64,000 nt of DNA from the NCBI GenBank assembly GCA_021772615.1, contig JAJFLQ010000070.1, positions 29,145 through 93,144 on the forward strand, given 5' to 3'. Numbering within the stretch: position 1 is the stretch's first letter; each line of letters begins with the position of its first letter. The notes under the pieces were generated by a model, which was not told the DNA's origin, ran no database searches, and saw only the letters and a list, made by a program, of their open reading frames with translations. Source of the stretch: Verrucomicrobiota bacterium (lineage in GTDB: Bacteria; Verrucomicrobiota; Lentisphaeria; JABSQK01; JAJFLO01). Position numbers and translations under genes: made by a program. This document shows, piece by piece, positions 9,334-17,877 of the stretch.

Positions 9334-10215
9334 ATGAAATCTCGTAAGGTTAGTTTGGGTATATTTATTGCAACCATGCCGTTGTTGCTGGGGGCGGCTG
9401 AGATCTCGACGGAGGGAATGACGTTCCACATCGGCGCGAATTACCGGAATTTCGATGATGTCGAATTTCAGGGTTTCGCATTCGATAACTTCAATAATTC
9501 CGCGGTTGTCGGCGGACCATTTGGTGTTCAGGGTTTCGTTAATGTGGGGTCGAACCCGCCGCCCCAGATCCAGGCCGACTATGTCATGTTCGGTGGCTCC
9601 GAGGATGACACGGATGGCTGGGGACCGGGCTTCGGCATTGAGTTGCCGGTTGGTAACGAAGAGGAAGACATTGCCCTGAGTTTGGTCGGAAACTTCGGAT
9701 TTTTCAGTCTACAGGCTGGCGAAATCAGCTCGGACGGCCTGCTGACCGGATCTGCTCCTCACGATGTGCTAGGCGATGGAACGGTTGTTCCCATCAACCC
9801 GAATACGACACCGGACCCAACGCAGAATCTCACGCCAGGCGCGCCTACAGGGGTGCAAGTGGAAAATGACTTTGACATGGAGTTGTATGTACTGGATATC
9901 GGCCTTAAGGGCACTATCGGCGTAATGGATAATTTCGCTTTCGCTGTCGCAGCCGGGCCTACGCTGAGCATCGGCGACCTCGACACCTTTCAACGCGAGG
10001 TCGGTAGTGCCGGCGGACGGCGTACGAGTGATTCGGAAACAGACGTTGTTTTGGGACTGTATGTTAATCTTGAAGCCTCTTACCAGTTCAATGAATCGCT
10101 CGGAGTGTCTCTTGGGTATCGTTATGATTATGCTAGTGACGATGTCAGCACGGATCAGGCGGAGTTGGATTTGGATGGACATGGAGGTCAGATCCGCGTC
10201 AATATTGCTTTCTAG
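9334..10215 (+). CDS. Outer-membrane beta-barrel protein (OmpA-like/OMP_b-brl family), ~294 aa.
   Basis: GAGGAG RBS 7 nt upstream of the ATG at 9334. Signal peptide MKSRKVSLGIFIATMPLLLGAAE. Alternating hydrophobic beta-strand pattern. C-terminal ...GGQIRVNIAF ends in Phe. Upstream in-frame ATG at 9295 is less likely. Confidence 0.7.
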   Translation: MKSRKVSLGIFIATMPLLLGAAEISTEGMTFHIGANYRNFDDVEFQGFAFDNFNNSAVVGGPFGVQGFVNVGSNPPPQIQADYVMFGGSEDDTDGWGPGFGIELPVGNEEEDIALSLVGNFGFFSLQAGEISSDGLLTGSAPHDVLGDGTVVPINPNTTPDPTQNLTPGAPTGVQVENDFDMELYVLDIGLKGTIGVMDNFAFAVAAGPTLSIGDLDTFQREVGSAGGRRTSDSETDVVLGLYVNLEASYQFNESLGVSLGYRYDYASDDVSTDQAELDLDGHGGQIRVNIAF

Positions 10216-10263
10216 CATACATAACATCTCCATCACACGTTGCACCGATTATACGAGTTTATT

Positions 10264-13200
10264 ATGAACCGGTTTCCTCGGGAACCGGTTTTTTTATTTC
10301 GCAACATCAAGCCGTTGACCGCAGCGGTTCTGCTCTTGCTGGCAGCGTCGGGTCTTCGCGGCTATGGTGCGGTATCTACCCTGGTGTCGCGGGGTAGCGA
10401 CGGGCTGCCCGGAGTTGGGCATAGCGGACGCACCGATACCACGGCCGAAGGTATTGTTTACCGACGTGCGCACGTGGATGATAAGGGGGCTGTGTTCTTC
10501 CTGAGCCGTGCGCCGTTGGCGCCGGAGGACACAAACGGCGAAGTGAATGACCTGTATCGTTTTCGCGCCGCAACGGCTACCGTGATAGACTCACCTGTCG
10601 AAAGCGCATCTTTTCCCTCCGGGTGCACCGAGTTGTCGTCGGATATCTTCGATTTCGCAATATTCGGTGCATCGGACAATTGGTATGTCGCGCGGCAGAC
10701 ATCGCCGCTGCCTCCACCGCCTCCTCCTGAGTATCTGTTCTCCCTGACGATCGATGGGAGTAAGCGGGCGATTTTTTGCAGATCCGGCGTGAAACATATC
10801 GATTTTGCGAGTAGCGGAAATCTGGGCGTCTTTGATACGCAAATAGACGATTCGAGTATCCGCCATATTTGGCTGCACGAGGCGAATACGGATGGCGTTA
10901 CATCCATTACTGCAGATGCTGATGGAAACAGCTTCTGTCCTGTTATTTCTGATGACGGCAGTCATGTCTATTTCCTGTCCCAATCATCCAATCTGGCCGG
11001 CGCGCCCGGATTGCTGAAGTACGATGTGGCAGCGGATGTGACGACGTCTGTCGTATCGTTTCAAATCACGGAGCTGGACGCGGCTGTTGATGCGCCGCAT
11101 GTCAGTGAAAGCAGCGATGTCGTATGTTTTTCCTCGAAGAATACAGTCATCGTGAACAATGACACAAACGGAAAACGCGATGTGTTCGTATGCGATGCCG
11201 GCAATGTCGAGCGGATCACAGCGGACAATGGCGCACAGTCAAACGGCGATGACGATAGCCCTCGGCTGAGTCGTGACGGCCGTTATATCGTATTCAGATC
11301 GAATGCCGGTAACCTGATTCGTGACGGCGGTAACGGCCGCTATCAGATATACGTTCATGACCGATTCACACGGGTCATACAGTGTGTAAGCGTCACGAAC
11401 GATATCGCACCGGCGCTTGCAGATCGCGATTGTTACGCCCCCGAGATATCCCCGAACGGACGATATGTCACCTTTGTAACCGACGCCGTCAATCTTGCGG
11501 CACCGTACATGGCGGACGGACAGGTCAACGGTCATCAACAGGTTTATCTTGTTGACACCCGTCCGGCAGTCGCGGAGCATCACACGATCAGCGGTAGAAC
11601 GGGTAACGCGATCGAGTTCTACCTTCGCGGACAACATCCGGACGGACATGAATTGAGCTATGCGCTTCAATCGAGTCCATCTGATGGCGCTGTCAGGGAC
11701 AAAGACGGTACAGCGGTGGAAATCGGGATCCTTTTCGCGACCGATTCGTTCCCATGGTCGTACGAACCGAACAGTTCGTCAGTCTTGTCAGACTCGTTCG
11801 AGTTTCTGCTGCTATCGACAGATTCATTGCCTTCCCGTCCTGCTACCGTCAGCATGCGTTTGATCCCTACCGGCACGGGTTATATTCGACGCGTAAGTGT
11901 CAGTGAATCGGGTGGGGAGGGAACACAACATGCCTTCGATCGTACGGCACCAATTCCGTTGGGAAATGTGGATGTGAGTGACAGCGGGAATCGCATCGTC
12001 TTTGATTCTCGTTCAAGTGAATTGAATAGCGAGAATGTCAACACGAATTCTGATGTGTATGTGCATGACAGAATTGCAGGTCGTCTTTTTCAAATCAGTG
12101 CGATTCACGACCCGGCGAGCGGCATGGCGGCAATTTCAGGGGACGGAAGGTCTGTCGTCTATTTTACCGATGCTGGTCGACAATTGATCTGGCAGGCTGT
12201 GGCGTCGCGATCTGGTGTGGTGCTTGATACGTTCACTTTTCGCCCCGAGTCGGCGCCTGCCATATCTGATGATGGGACGCGCGTGGCGTTCCGTAACGGT
12301 GCCGCTCTGTATCTGTTCGACTTCAGCATCATGAATGCACCCGAGCTACTCATTGCGAATGGCGATGAACCCCAAATATCGGGCGATGGCAATGTAATAG
12401 CATACTCAAGCCTTGACGATGATATGATTCATTTGTTCTACGTAACTTCGCGAAGCTCGCCGTCGTTCTCAATTGCCGGCTCGGAGCCGCAACTCTCCGT
12501 AAGCGGAAGGTATCTGGCTTATCTTAATGAGAGCGGGCGGCCCGAAAGACGAAATCTTGTATCTGGAGAGGTCGTTGGTCCGGATGTTGGGGCGTCGACA
12601 AACACGTCGATTTCCGGCACTGGTCGTTTTGTTTACTACACTAAAGGAGGGCAGGGGTTTCGTTACGATGCTAATCTGGACATCGTTGAAGCCGTCAGCG
12701 CGACTGCGACCGAAGTTGGCGACGACACGACATTTGCCGGTGTCCTGTCCAGTTCCGGATCTGTCGCTGCGTTTGCGTCTGATGCCGGAAACTTGGTGAA
12801 CGGTGACGTGAATAATAAGCGTGATATATTTACAACAATTTTCCCATTGCCACAGAATTCATTGCCAGCCGCGGATGCACCGGATCTTATAGTGATGGAA
12901 GATTCAGAGTCGATATCAATTCCATTGAGCTATACCGATGCCGAGGGTGATGATGTCGAAACAATGGTTACAGAAGCTCCGTCACACGCGGGGATGTTTG
13001 TGCTCAGTCCGCCTGTATTCGGGTCCGCGTTCTGGACGGTTGCGTACAAGCCGGCGGCAGATTTTTTCGGAACGGATTCGTTTTCATATCGGCTTCGTGA
13101 TGGTTCCGGATTCTGGACAAAGTCGGCAAGCGTCGCGATTACGGTGACCAACGTCAACGACCAACCGTCGATCGACGCGATTGACGATATGACCGTCGTG

Positions 13201-14811
13201 GAGGGCGGCACGCTACGTTTCCCTGTGATAGCCACGGATCCGGATCTGGACGACCTGACATTTACGGTGACGTCAGGAGTCGGGTCGATCAGCGACGGCA
13301 TGTTCGTGTATGAGCCGATGCATGATGTGGTGAGCCATAACGGTGATCCGCCATATACCAGGGCGTTCTCGGTTTCCGTCATGGTAAGTGACGGTCTCCT
13401 TGACGACACGACAACCTTTACAGTTACTATCACCGATCAGGACCAGCCTCCGGTAATCGAGGGAGACGTGACCCTGGAGCCGTTGGCGCCGCGAACCAGC
13501 GACAACCTTACGGTTCGGGCGACGGCGGGTGATCCGGACGGTGATGCCGTTGCTCTGAGCTACGTATGGATGCGCGACGGTGATTCCGCGGGGTTACCTG
13601 ACTCTGATACCATCGTGTCAGATCTAACCGCGAAGAATCAGACATGGAGTGTCGCTGTAACGGCAACGGCCGGTAATGCATCAACGGTTGTCTCAGGCAA
13701 TGCTGTCACGATACAGAACACACCGCCTGTTGTGTCGTCGATGACCGTCACGGTTGCGGAGGACAGTACCGAGACAATCGACTTGATTGCGAGTGACGGC
13801 GATGCCGATTCGCCGCTGCGCTATACGGTTCTGAACGGGCCTGAGCACGGCAGGCTCGAGAACGCGCCGCCGTCTCTTGTCTATGTTCCTGATCCGGACT
13901 ACTTCGGCTCGGACGCATTTCGTGTGATTGCGAGTGATGATACCGATGATTCCGCCACAGCAACAATTACCATCAATGTGACGCCGCAACCGGACGCACC
14001 GGAATTGGTGGTGGAAGACCTTATCCTGCTGAGTGGTACACGAACCGCCACGGTGGGATTCTCGCAGTTGAAGGTTGAGGATGTGGACGAACCAGACGGC
14101 GTGGCGAACGCAGATGTAACCGTGATCATCAATCAGCTGCCTGTCATCGGAGGATTCACGCACGGCGGCAACCCCGTCAGTGCCGGCGAGCGGATCGTAC
14201 TTTCCGCGTTTCCAATTGTGTTCGTACTTGCGGATGCGCTTGAGGATGATGTGTTCGTGAGCGACAGTGCGGTACTGACCGTCGAGCACCGTGATGATCC
14301 TGAAGGTGTTGCTTCCATGCCGGTGGAAATGGGCATTTACGTGGGTGCCGATGAGATCTCCATTGCCCTCAAGCGCGGGTGGAATTTGATATCCTTCCAG
14401 CACCCGCCGTTGAATCGTAGTTCGAGCGATTTACGCCTTGTTTCAGGTCGGGGGCTTGAACAGATGTGGTGCTGGGATCCGTTGCTGCAGCGGCTGCGGG
14501 CAATAACACAACTGCAACCGGCGAAGGCGAAAGGGTACTGGCTGTTTGCTCTGGAGGATGACGTTATTGCGAACTTGCCGGTCGGCGTTAGGGACAACGG
14601 CATGGTCGCCATCGAGCCATTGTGGAATCTTGTCGGGCCCGTTGGCGCTGGTGAGTCCGTGGCCGTGCCCGCAGAAGTGGGCGGTTTCGCGTGGTCATGG
14701 CGGGGCGATAAAAACGGATTCATCTACACCGATGCAATGCAAGAAGGCGAGGGCTACTGGCTATTTTTCGAAGCCGATGGGACGTCCCAGGTTGACCTTG
14801 GACTCGAGTAA
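10264..14811 (+). CDS. Large secreted protein (~1516 aa): signal peptide, >=12 TolB-like PD40 beta-propeller repeats, cadherin-like VNDQP repeats, tandem C-terminal GW/W.WD/GYWLF/VDL module.
   Basis: MNRFPREPVFLFRNIKPLTAAVLLLLAASG signal. Repeats such as ISDDGSHVYFLSQSSNLAG, LSRDGRYIVFRSNAGNLI, ISPNGRYVTFVTDAVNLA. VTNVNDQPSIDAIDD. C-terminal GWNLISF ... MWCWD ... KGYWLFA ... LWNLVGP ... FAWSWRG ... GYWLFFEADGTSQVDLGLE. Alternative upstream start at 10240. Confidence 0.85.
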   Translation: MNRFPREPVFLFRNIKPLTAAVLLLLAASGLRGYGAVSTLVSRGSDGLPGVGHSGRTDTTAEGIVYRRAHVDDKGAVFFLSRAPLAPEDTNGEVNDLYRFRAATATVIDSPVESASFPSGCTELSSDIFDFAIFGASDNWYVARQTSPLPPPPPPEYLFSLTIDGSKRAIFCRSGVKHIDFASSGNLGVFDTQIDDSSIRHIWLHEANTDGVTSITADADGNSFCPVISDDGSHVYFLSQSSNLAGAPGLLKYDVAADVTTSVVSFQITELDAAVDAPHVSESSDVVCFSSKNTVIVNNDTNGKRDVFVCDAGNVERITADNGAQSNGDDDSPRLSRDGRYIVFRSNAGNLIRDGGNGRYQIYVHDRFTRVIQCVSVTNDIAPALADRDCYAPEISPNGRYVTFVTDAVNLAAPYMADGQVNGHQQVYLVDTRPAVAEHHTISGRTGNAIEFYLRGQHPDGHELSYALQSSPSDGAVRDKDGTAVEIGILFATDSFPWSYEPNSSSVLSDSFEFLLLSTDSLPSRPATVSMRLIPTGTGYIRRVSVSESGGEGTQHAFDRTAPIPLGNVDVSDSGNRIVFDSRSSELNSENVNTNSDVYVHDRIAGRLFQISAIHDPASGMAAISGDGRSVVYFTDAGRQLIWQAVASRSGVVLDTFTFRPESAPAISDDGTRVAFRNGAALYLFDFSIMNAPELLIANGDEPQISGDGNVIAYSSLDDDMIHLFYVTSRSSPSFSIAGSEPQLSVSGRYLAYLNESGRPERRNLVSGEVVGPDVGASTNTSISGTGRFVYYTKGGQGFRYDANLDIVEAVSATATEVGDDTTFAGVLSSSGSVAAFASDAGNLVNGDVNNKRDIFTTIFPLPQNSLPAADAPDLIVMEDSESISIPLSYTDAEGDDVETMVTEAPSHAGMFVLSPPVFGSAFWTVAYKPAADFFGTDSFSYRLRDGSGFWTKSASVAITVTNVNDQPSIDAIDDMTVVEGGTLRFPVIATDPDLDDLTFTVTSGVGSISDGMFVYEPMHDVVSHNGDPPYTRAFSVSVMVSDGLLDDTTTFTVTITDQDQPPVIEGDVTLEPLAPRTSDNLTVRATAGDPDGDAVALSYVWMRDGDSAGLPDSDTIVSDLTAKNQTWSVAVTATAGNASTVVSGNAVTIQNTPPVVSSMTVTVAEDSTETIDLIASDGDADSPLRYTVLNGPEHGRLENAPPSLVYVPDPDYFGSDAFRVIASDDTDDSATATITINVTPQPDAPELVVEDLILLSGTRTATVGFSQLKVEDVDEPDGVANADVTVIINQLPVIGGFTHGGNPVSAGERIVLSAFPIVFVLADALEDDVFVSDSAVLTVEHRDDPEGVASMPVEMGIYVGADEISIALKRGWNLISFQHPPLNRSSSDLRLVSGRGLEQMWCWDPLLQRLRAITQLQPAKAKGYWLFALEDDVIANLPVGVRDNGMVAIEPLWNLVGPVGAGESVAVPAEVGGFAWSWRGDKNGFIYTDAMQEGEGYWLFFEADGTSQVDLGLE

Positions 14812-14867
14812 TTTACGGGCAGATCCTTGATGATTGGTTTGAGGGGAAATGATTCCATAAACCAATG

Positions 14868-15057
14868 TCGAAGAGGGTGTGAAAAATCTTGCTACGGCCA
14901 TTTACAGAACTGGAGAGGGTCTCGCACAAAGACACCAAGTCACAAGGAAGAAAGTTTGATCACGTCCGTGTCGAAGACCTTTGCGCCTTTGCGTGCGACG
15001 ATAAGTTTTGCTACGGCCACTGTATTGGAGAGGGTGTCGCGCAAAGGCGCAAAGAAA
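14868..15057. repeat. Non-coding degenerate direct repeats (~46 nt, two copies, plus shorter GTCGAAGA / GAGGGTGT motif copies) with an embedded perfect 15-nt inverted repeat.
   Basis: Copy 1 at 14889-14934 (ttgctacggccatttacagaactggagagggtctcgcacaaagac). Copy 2 at 15008-15054 (ttgctacggccactgtattggagagggtgtcgcgcaaaggcgcaaag). Inverted repeat ctttgcgcctttgcg (14979-14993) / cgcaaaggcgcaaag (15040-15054). Confidence 0.6.
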
Positions 15058-15245
15058 AATGGGATGGTTTTGTAACCCACATTTCCACACCCTAATATTC
15101 GGTGTGCCGGATAATTCTGGCCCTCAAGACTTGATCTCTCGCTGAAAACACAGCGGCGCACGGAGGATAAGCTACAAATATTGTCTTTCTCCCGATGCCC
15201 AGCGTTCTCAGCGAGAGCGACAGTCGTCTTATGCTCGATACGGAA

Positions 15246-15515
15246 TTACTTACCGGATATCGCGCCGTGCGTCCGAAACGAGCGGGTTGGAGAAAACTCT
15301 CCCAGCCGATGACCAACCATGTTCTCGGTGACAAACACCTGTATGAATGTTCGACCGTTGTGGACCTGGAAGGTGTGCCCAACGAAATCCGGCATGATCA
15401 TTGAACGCCGCGACCATGTCTTGATTGGTCGCTTTTCTCCACGTGCGTCGAGCCGACGAACTTTCTTCATCACATGCTCGTCGTAGAACGGTCCCTTTTT
15501 GACAGATCTGCCCAT
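15246..15515 (-). CDS. rpsS: 30S ribosomal protein S19.
   Basis: [19 protein letters not shown] ... [27 protein letters not shown] ... [17 protein letters not shown] matches the S19 hallmarks. Start is the internal Met of ORF 15246..15644, 1 nt after the rplB stop. Confidence 0.93.
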   Translation of the reverse strand: MGRSVKKGPFYDEHVMKKVRRLDARGEKRPIKTWSRRSMIMPDFVGHTFQVHNGRTFIQVFVTENMVGHRLGEFSPTRSFRTHGAISGK

Positions 15516-15516
15516 G

Positions 15517-16347
15517 CTATTTCTTTCTCCGTTCGATAATGAATTTATTGGACGTCTTGCGTTTATTCCGGGTGCGATAGCCTTTTGCAAGCTGCCCCCA
15601 GGGAGATACAGGATGACTGCCGCCACTTGACCGGCCCTCACCACCGCCCATTGGGTGGTCGACTGGATTCATCGCCACACCACGCGTCGTCGGACGGACA
15701 CCGAGATACCGCTTCTTGCCGGCCTTGCCAAGCGATATTTTCATGTGCTCGCCGTTACCGACCTGCCCTATTGTCGCCATGCATTTCACATGAATCTGGC
15801 GAATCTCCCCGCTTGGCAGACGCACCTGAGCGTATTTTCCTTCCTTGGCGCGAATGATGGCCTGCTGGCCGGCGGCCCGAACCAAAGCGCCGCCCTTTCC
15901 GGGAGTCAGTTCGATATTGTGGATGGCTATGCCCGGCGGAATCTTGCCTAGCGGCAAGGCGTTGCCAACCTTGAATGGTGCGTCGGCCTCGCTGCTTACG
16001 ATCGTCATTCCTACGGTTAGTCCGTTGGGGGCAAGAATATACAGTTTCTCACCATCAAGATAATGGAGCAACGCGATATTGGCACTGCGATTGGGATCGT
16101 ATTCGATTGCTGCGACTTTTGCCGGAATATCGAATTTCTTGCGCTTAAAGTCGATCTGGCGATACGAGCGCTTTACGCCGCCACCGCGATGACGCACCGT
16201 CATTTTTCCCTGGTTATTGCGGCCGCCGGTAGATTTCTTTCCTCTTACCAGACGCTTTTCCGGTGTCGCACGAGTAAGCTCGGCAAAGCCGGATACCGTC
16301 ATGTGCCGCCGGGACGGTGTGGTTGGTTTATATTGCTTTAACGCCAT
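15517..16347 (-). CDS. rplB: 50S ribosomal protein L2.
   Basis: [18 protein letters not shown] ... conserved L2 sequence, 276 aa. Confidence 0.97.
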   Translation of the reverse strand: MALKQYKPTTPSRRHMTVSGFAELTRATPEKRLVRGKKSTGGRNNQGKMTVRHRGGGVKRSYRQIDFKRKKFDIPAKVAAIEYDPNRSANIALLHYLDGEKLYILAPNGLTVGMTIVSSEADAPFKVGNALPLGKIPPGIAIHNIELTPGKGGALVRAAGQQAIIRAKEGKYAQVRLPSGEIRQIHVKCMATIGQVGNGEHMKISLGKAGKKRYLGVRPTTRGVAMNPVDHPMGGGEGRSSGGSHPVSPWGQLAKGYRTRNKRKTSNKFIIERRKK

Positions 16348-16416
16348 GATATCCCCTGTGTCGGTTCAAAAGTCTAGATGCGTTCATGCCGTGTCGGCCT
16401 GGACGCACAAGGATTG

Positions 16417-16698
16417 CTAGAATAAGTCGATCGCCTCTTCGCCGTCACGCAATGTGACAATTGCCTTCTTCCAATCGGCGCGCTTGCCGACACCATAACG
16501 ATTTCGTTTCGTCTTGCCCTTGCAGTTAATGATGTTGACAGACTTGACGTGTCGGTCGAACAACTTATGAACCGCGAACTTGACATCGTATTTGTTGGCT
16601 CGACGATGGATGATAAATGTGTACTGATTGTGTTCGATCAATTCGTTGCTTTTCTCGGTCATCGCGACCGTATTTATAATCTGATAAGGATCATTCAT
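16417..16698 (-). CDS. rplW: 50S ribosomal protein L23.
   Basis: 93 aa at the correct operon position between L4 and L2. KLFDRHVKSVNIINCKGKTKR is L23-like. Confidence 0.9.
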   Translation of the reverse strand: MNDPYQIINTVAMTEKSNELIEHNQYTFIIHRRANKYDVKFAVHKLFDRHVKSVNIINCKGKTKRNRYGVGKRADWKKAIVTLRDGEEAIDLF

Positions 16699-16819
16699 TT
16701 TATGTTGTCACTCCGCTCAATGATTCGCCAACCGGCGTGTCTTTCCGTGTCTCGCATTGTCCCTGGAATAATAATGATTGTCAGGTCTGCGATCGCGTGA
16801 TCTTGCGTTCGAGAACAGC

Positions 16820-17800
16820 CTATGTCAGCCTGCTGCCAAATATATCGAGTGCGTCCTTTGTGAATATGATGCGGTCGTACAACAGAATTTGGTATACATT
16901 TGCACAATTGGCCTGGATAAGCTCCACATAAGGTAAATTTGAGGCGGCCAGGATGACATTAACATTTTCGTAGTCCTTCACGACAACAAGGCAGTGTTCG
17001 CCGGCGCCGACCGTGTCAAGGTACTGTACCATCTTCTTCGTCTTTGGTTCACTCAACAGGATCGTATCGGCAATGATGACCGCTTCTTCATCAATCTTCG
17101 AAGTGAATGCGCGGCGCAACGCCAGTTGCCGCACCTTCTTGTTGGTCTTCTTACTGTAATCCCGTGGCGACGGACCGAATGCTACACCGCCGCCGCGCCA
17201 GATTGGACTTTTTCGTGATCCTGCGCGGGCACGACCGGTGCCTTTTTGCCGCCATGGTTTGGCGCCAGAGCCGCGAACACGAGCACGGTTTTTGGTGGCC
17301 GCCGTTCCTTCGCGCTGGCCAGCCAAGTATGCTACGACAGTGTCATGGACAGCCTGTTTGCCGCGGCATCTTTCGATCCAGGTGACGTCAATGTCATAGT
17401 CACCCACTTTCTTACCATTGGTGTCGATGATAGGAAGTGTTACCGGGACGTTGTCATCTGCGTCTTGGTCTATCGCTGGAAGAGAACCTGTCTCTTCGTC
17501 CGTCACGACAGTGTCGGCAACGTGTTCGACGGCAGTTATGTCGGCCGCCATCGCGGCGTCAGCTACGTCCACGTCATCCGTCTCTGCGTCAACTTCCGCC
17601 ACTGCCAGGTCGGGCGTGTCCGCATTCTCAGGCTCAGTCCCAGTAGCGGCGATGGCTTCCTCAGACTTGGCATTGTCGGACGCCTTCGCTTCTTTGGACG
17701 CAACGTCGGCGTCGACAGGCATTTCGTGTGCTGATTCAGTTACCGCGTCGTCTGCAACAGCGGGTTCCTCAGATTCATTCTTAAATTCTTTATCCGCCAC
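16820..17800 (-). CDS. rplD: 50S ribosomal protein L4 with a ~115-aa acidic low-complexity N-terminal extension.
   Basis: L4 core (PIIDTNGKKVGDYDIDVTWIE ... ARVRGSGAKPWRQKGTGRARAGSRKSPIWRGGGVAFGP ...) preceded by a D/E/A-rich segment. Only 77 nt separate this ORF start from rplC. Confidence 0.88.
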   Translation of the reverse strand: MADKEFKNESEEPAVADDAVTESAHEMPVDADVASKEAKASDNAKSEEAIAATGTEPENADTPDLAVAEVDAETDDVDVADAAMAADITAVEHVADTVVTDEETGSLPAIDQDADDNVPVTLPIIDTNGKKVGDYDIDVTWIERCRGKQAVHDTVVAYLAGQREGTAATKNRARVRGSGAKPWRQKGTGRARAGSRKSPIWRGGGVAFGPSPRDYSKKTNKKVRQLALRRAFTSKIDEEAVIIADTILLSEPKTKKMVQYLDTVGAGEHCLVVVKDYENVNVILAASNLPYVELIQANCANVYQILLYDRIIFTKDALDIFGSRLT

Positions 17801-17877
17801 GGGATACAGGTCCTTCGATTATAGGTGATCGCGTTATGAACGGTTTACGTCGTTTGCGCCTGTGTGTGTCTACAGTG

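Noticed and set aside
14868-15057. Possible CRISPR array.
   Set aside because: Only two imperfect repeat copies of unequal spacing and length. No cas genes nearby. Repeat copies are degenerate rather than identical.
14827-15095. Two small Cys-containing ORFs (82 aa and 68 aa, each encoding CYGH) over the intergenic repeats. Briefly considered as a Cys-rich peptide or RiPP precursor gene.
   Set aside because: The CYGH coincidence arises from a DNA-level direct repeat whose two copies are in different frames (4-nt indel between copies). No RBS. The region is better explained as a non-coding repeat element.
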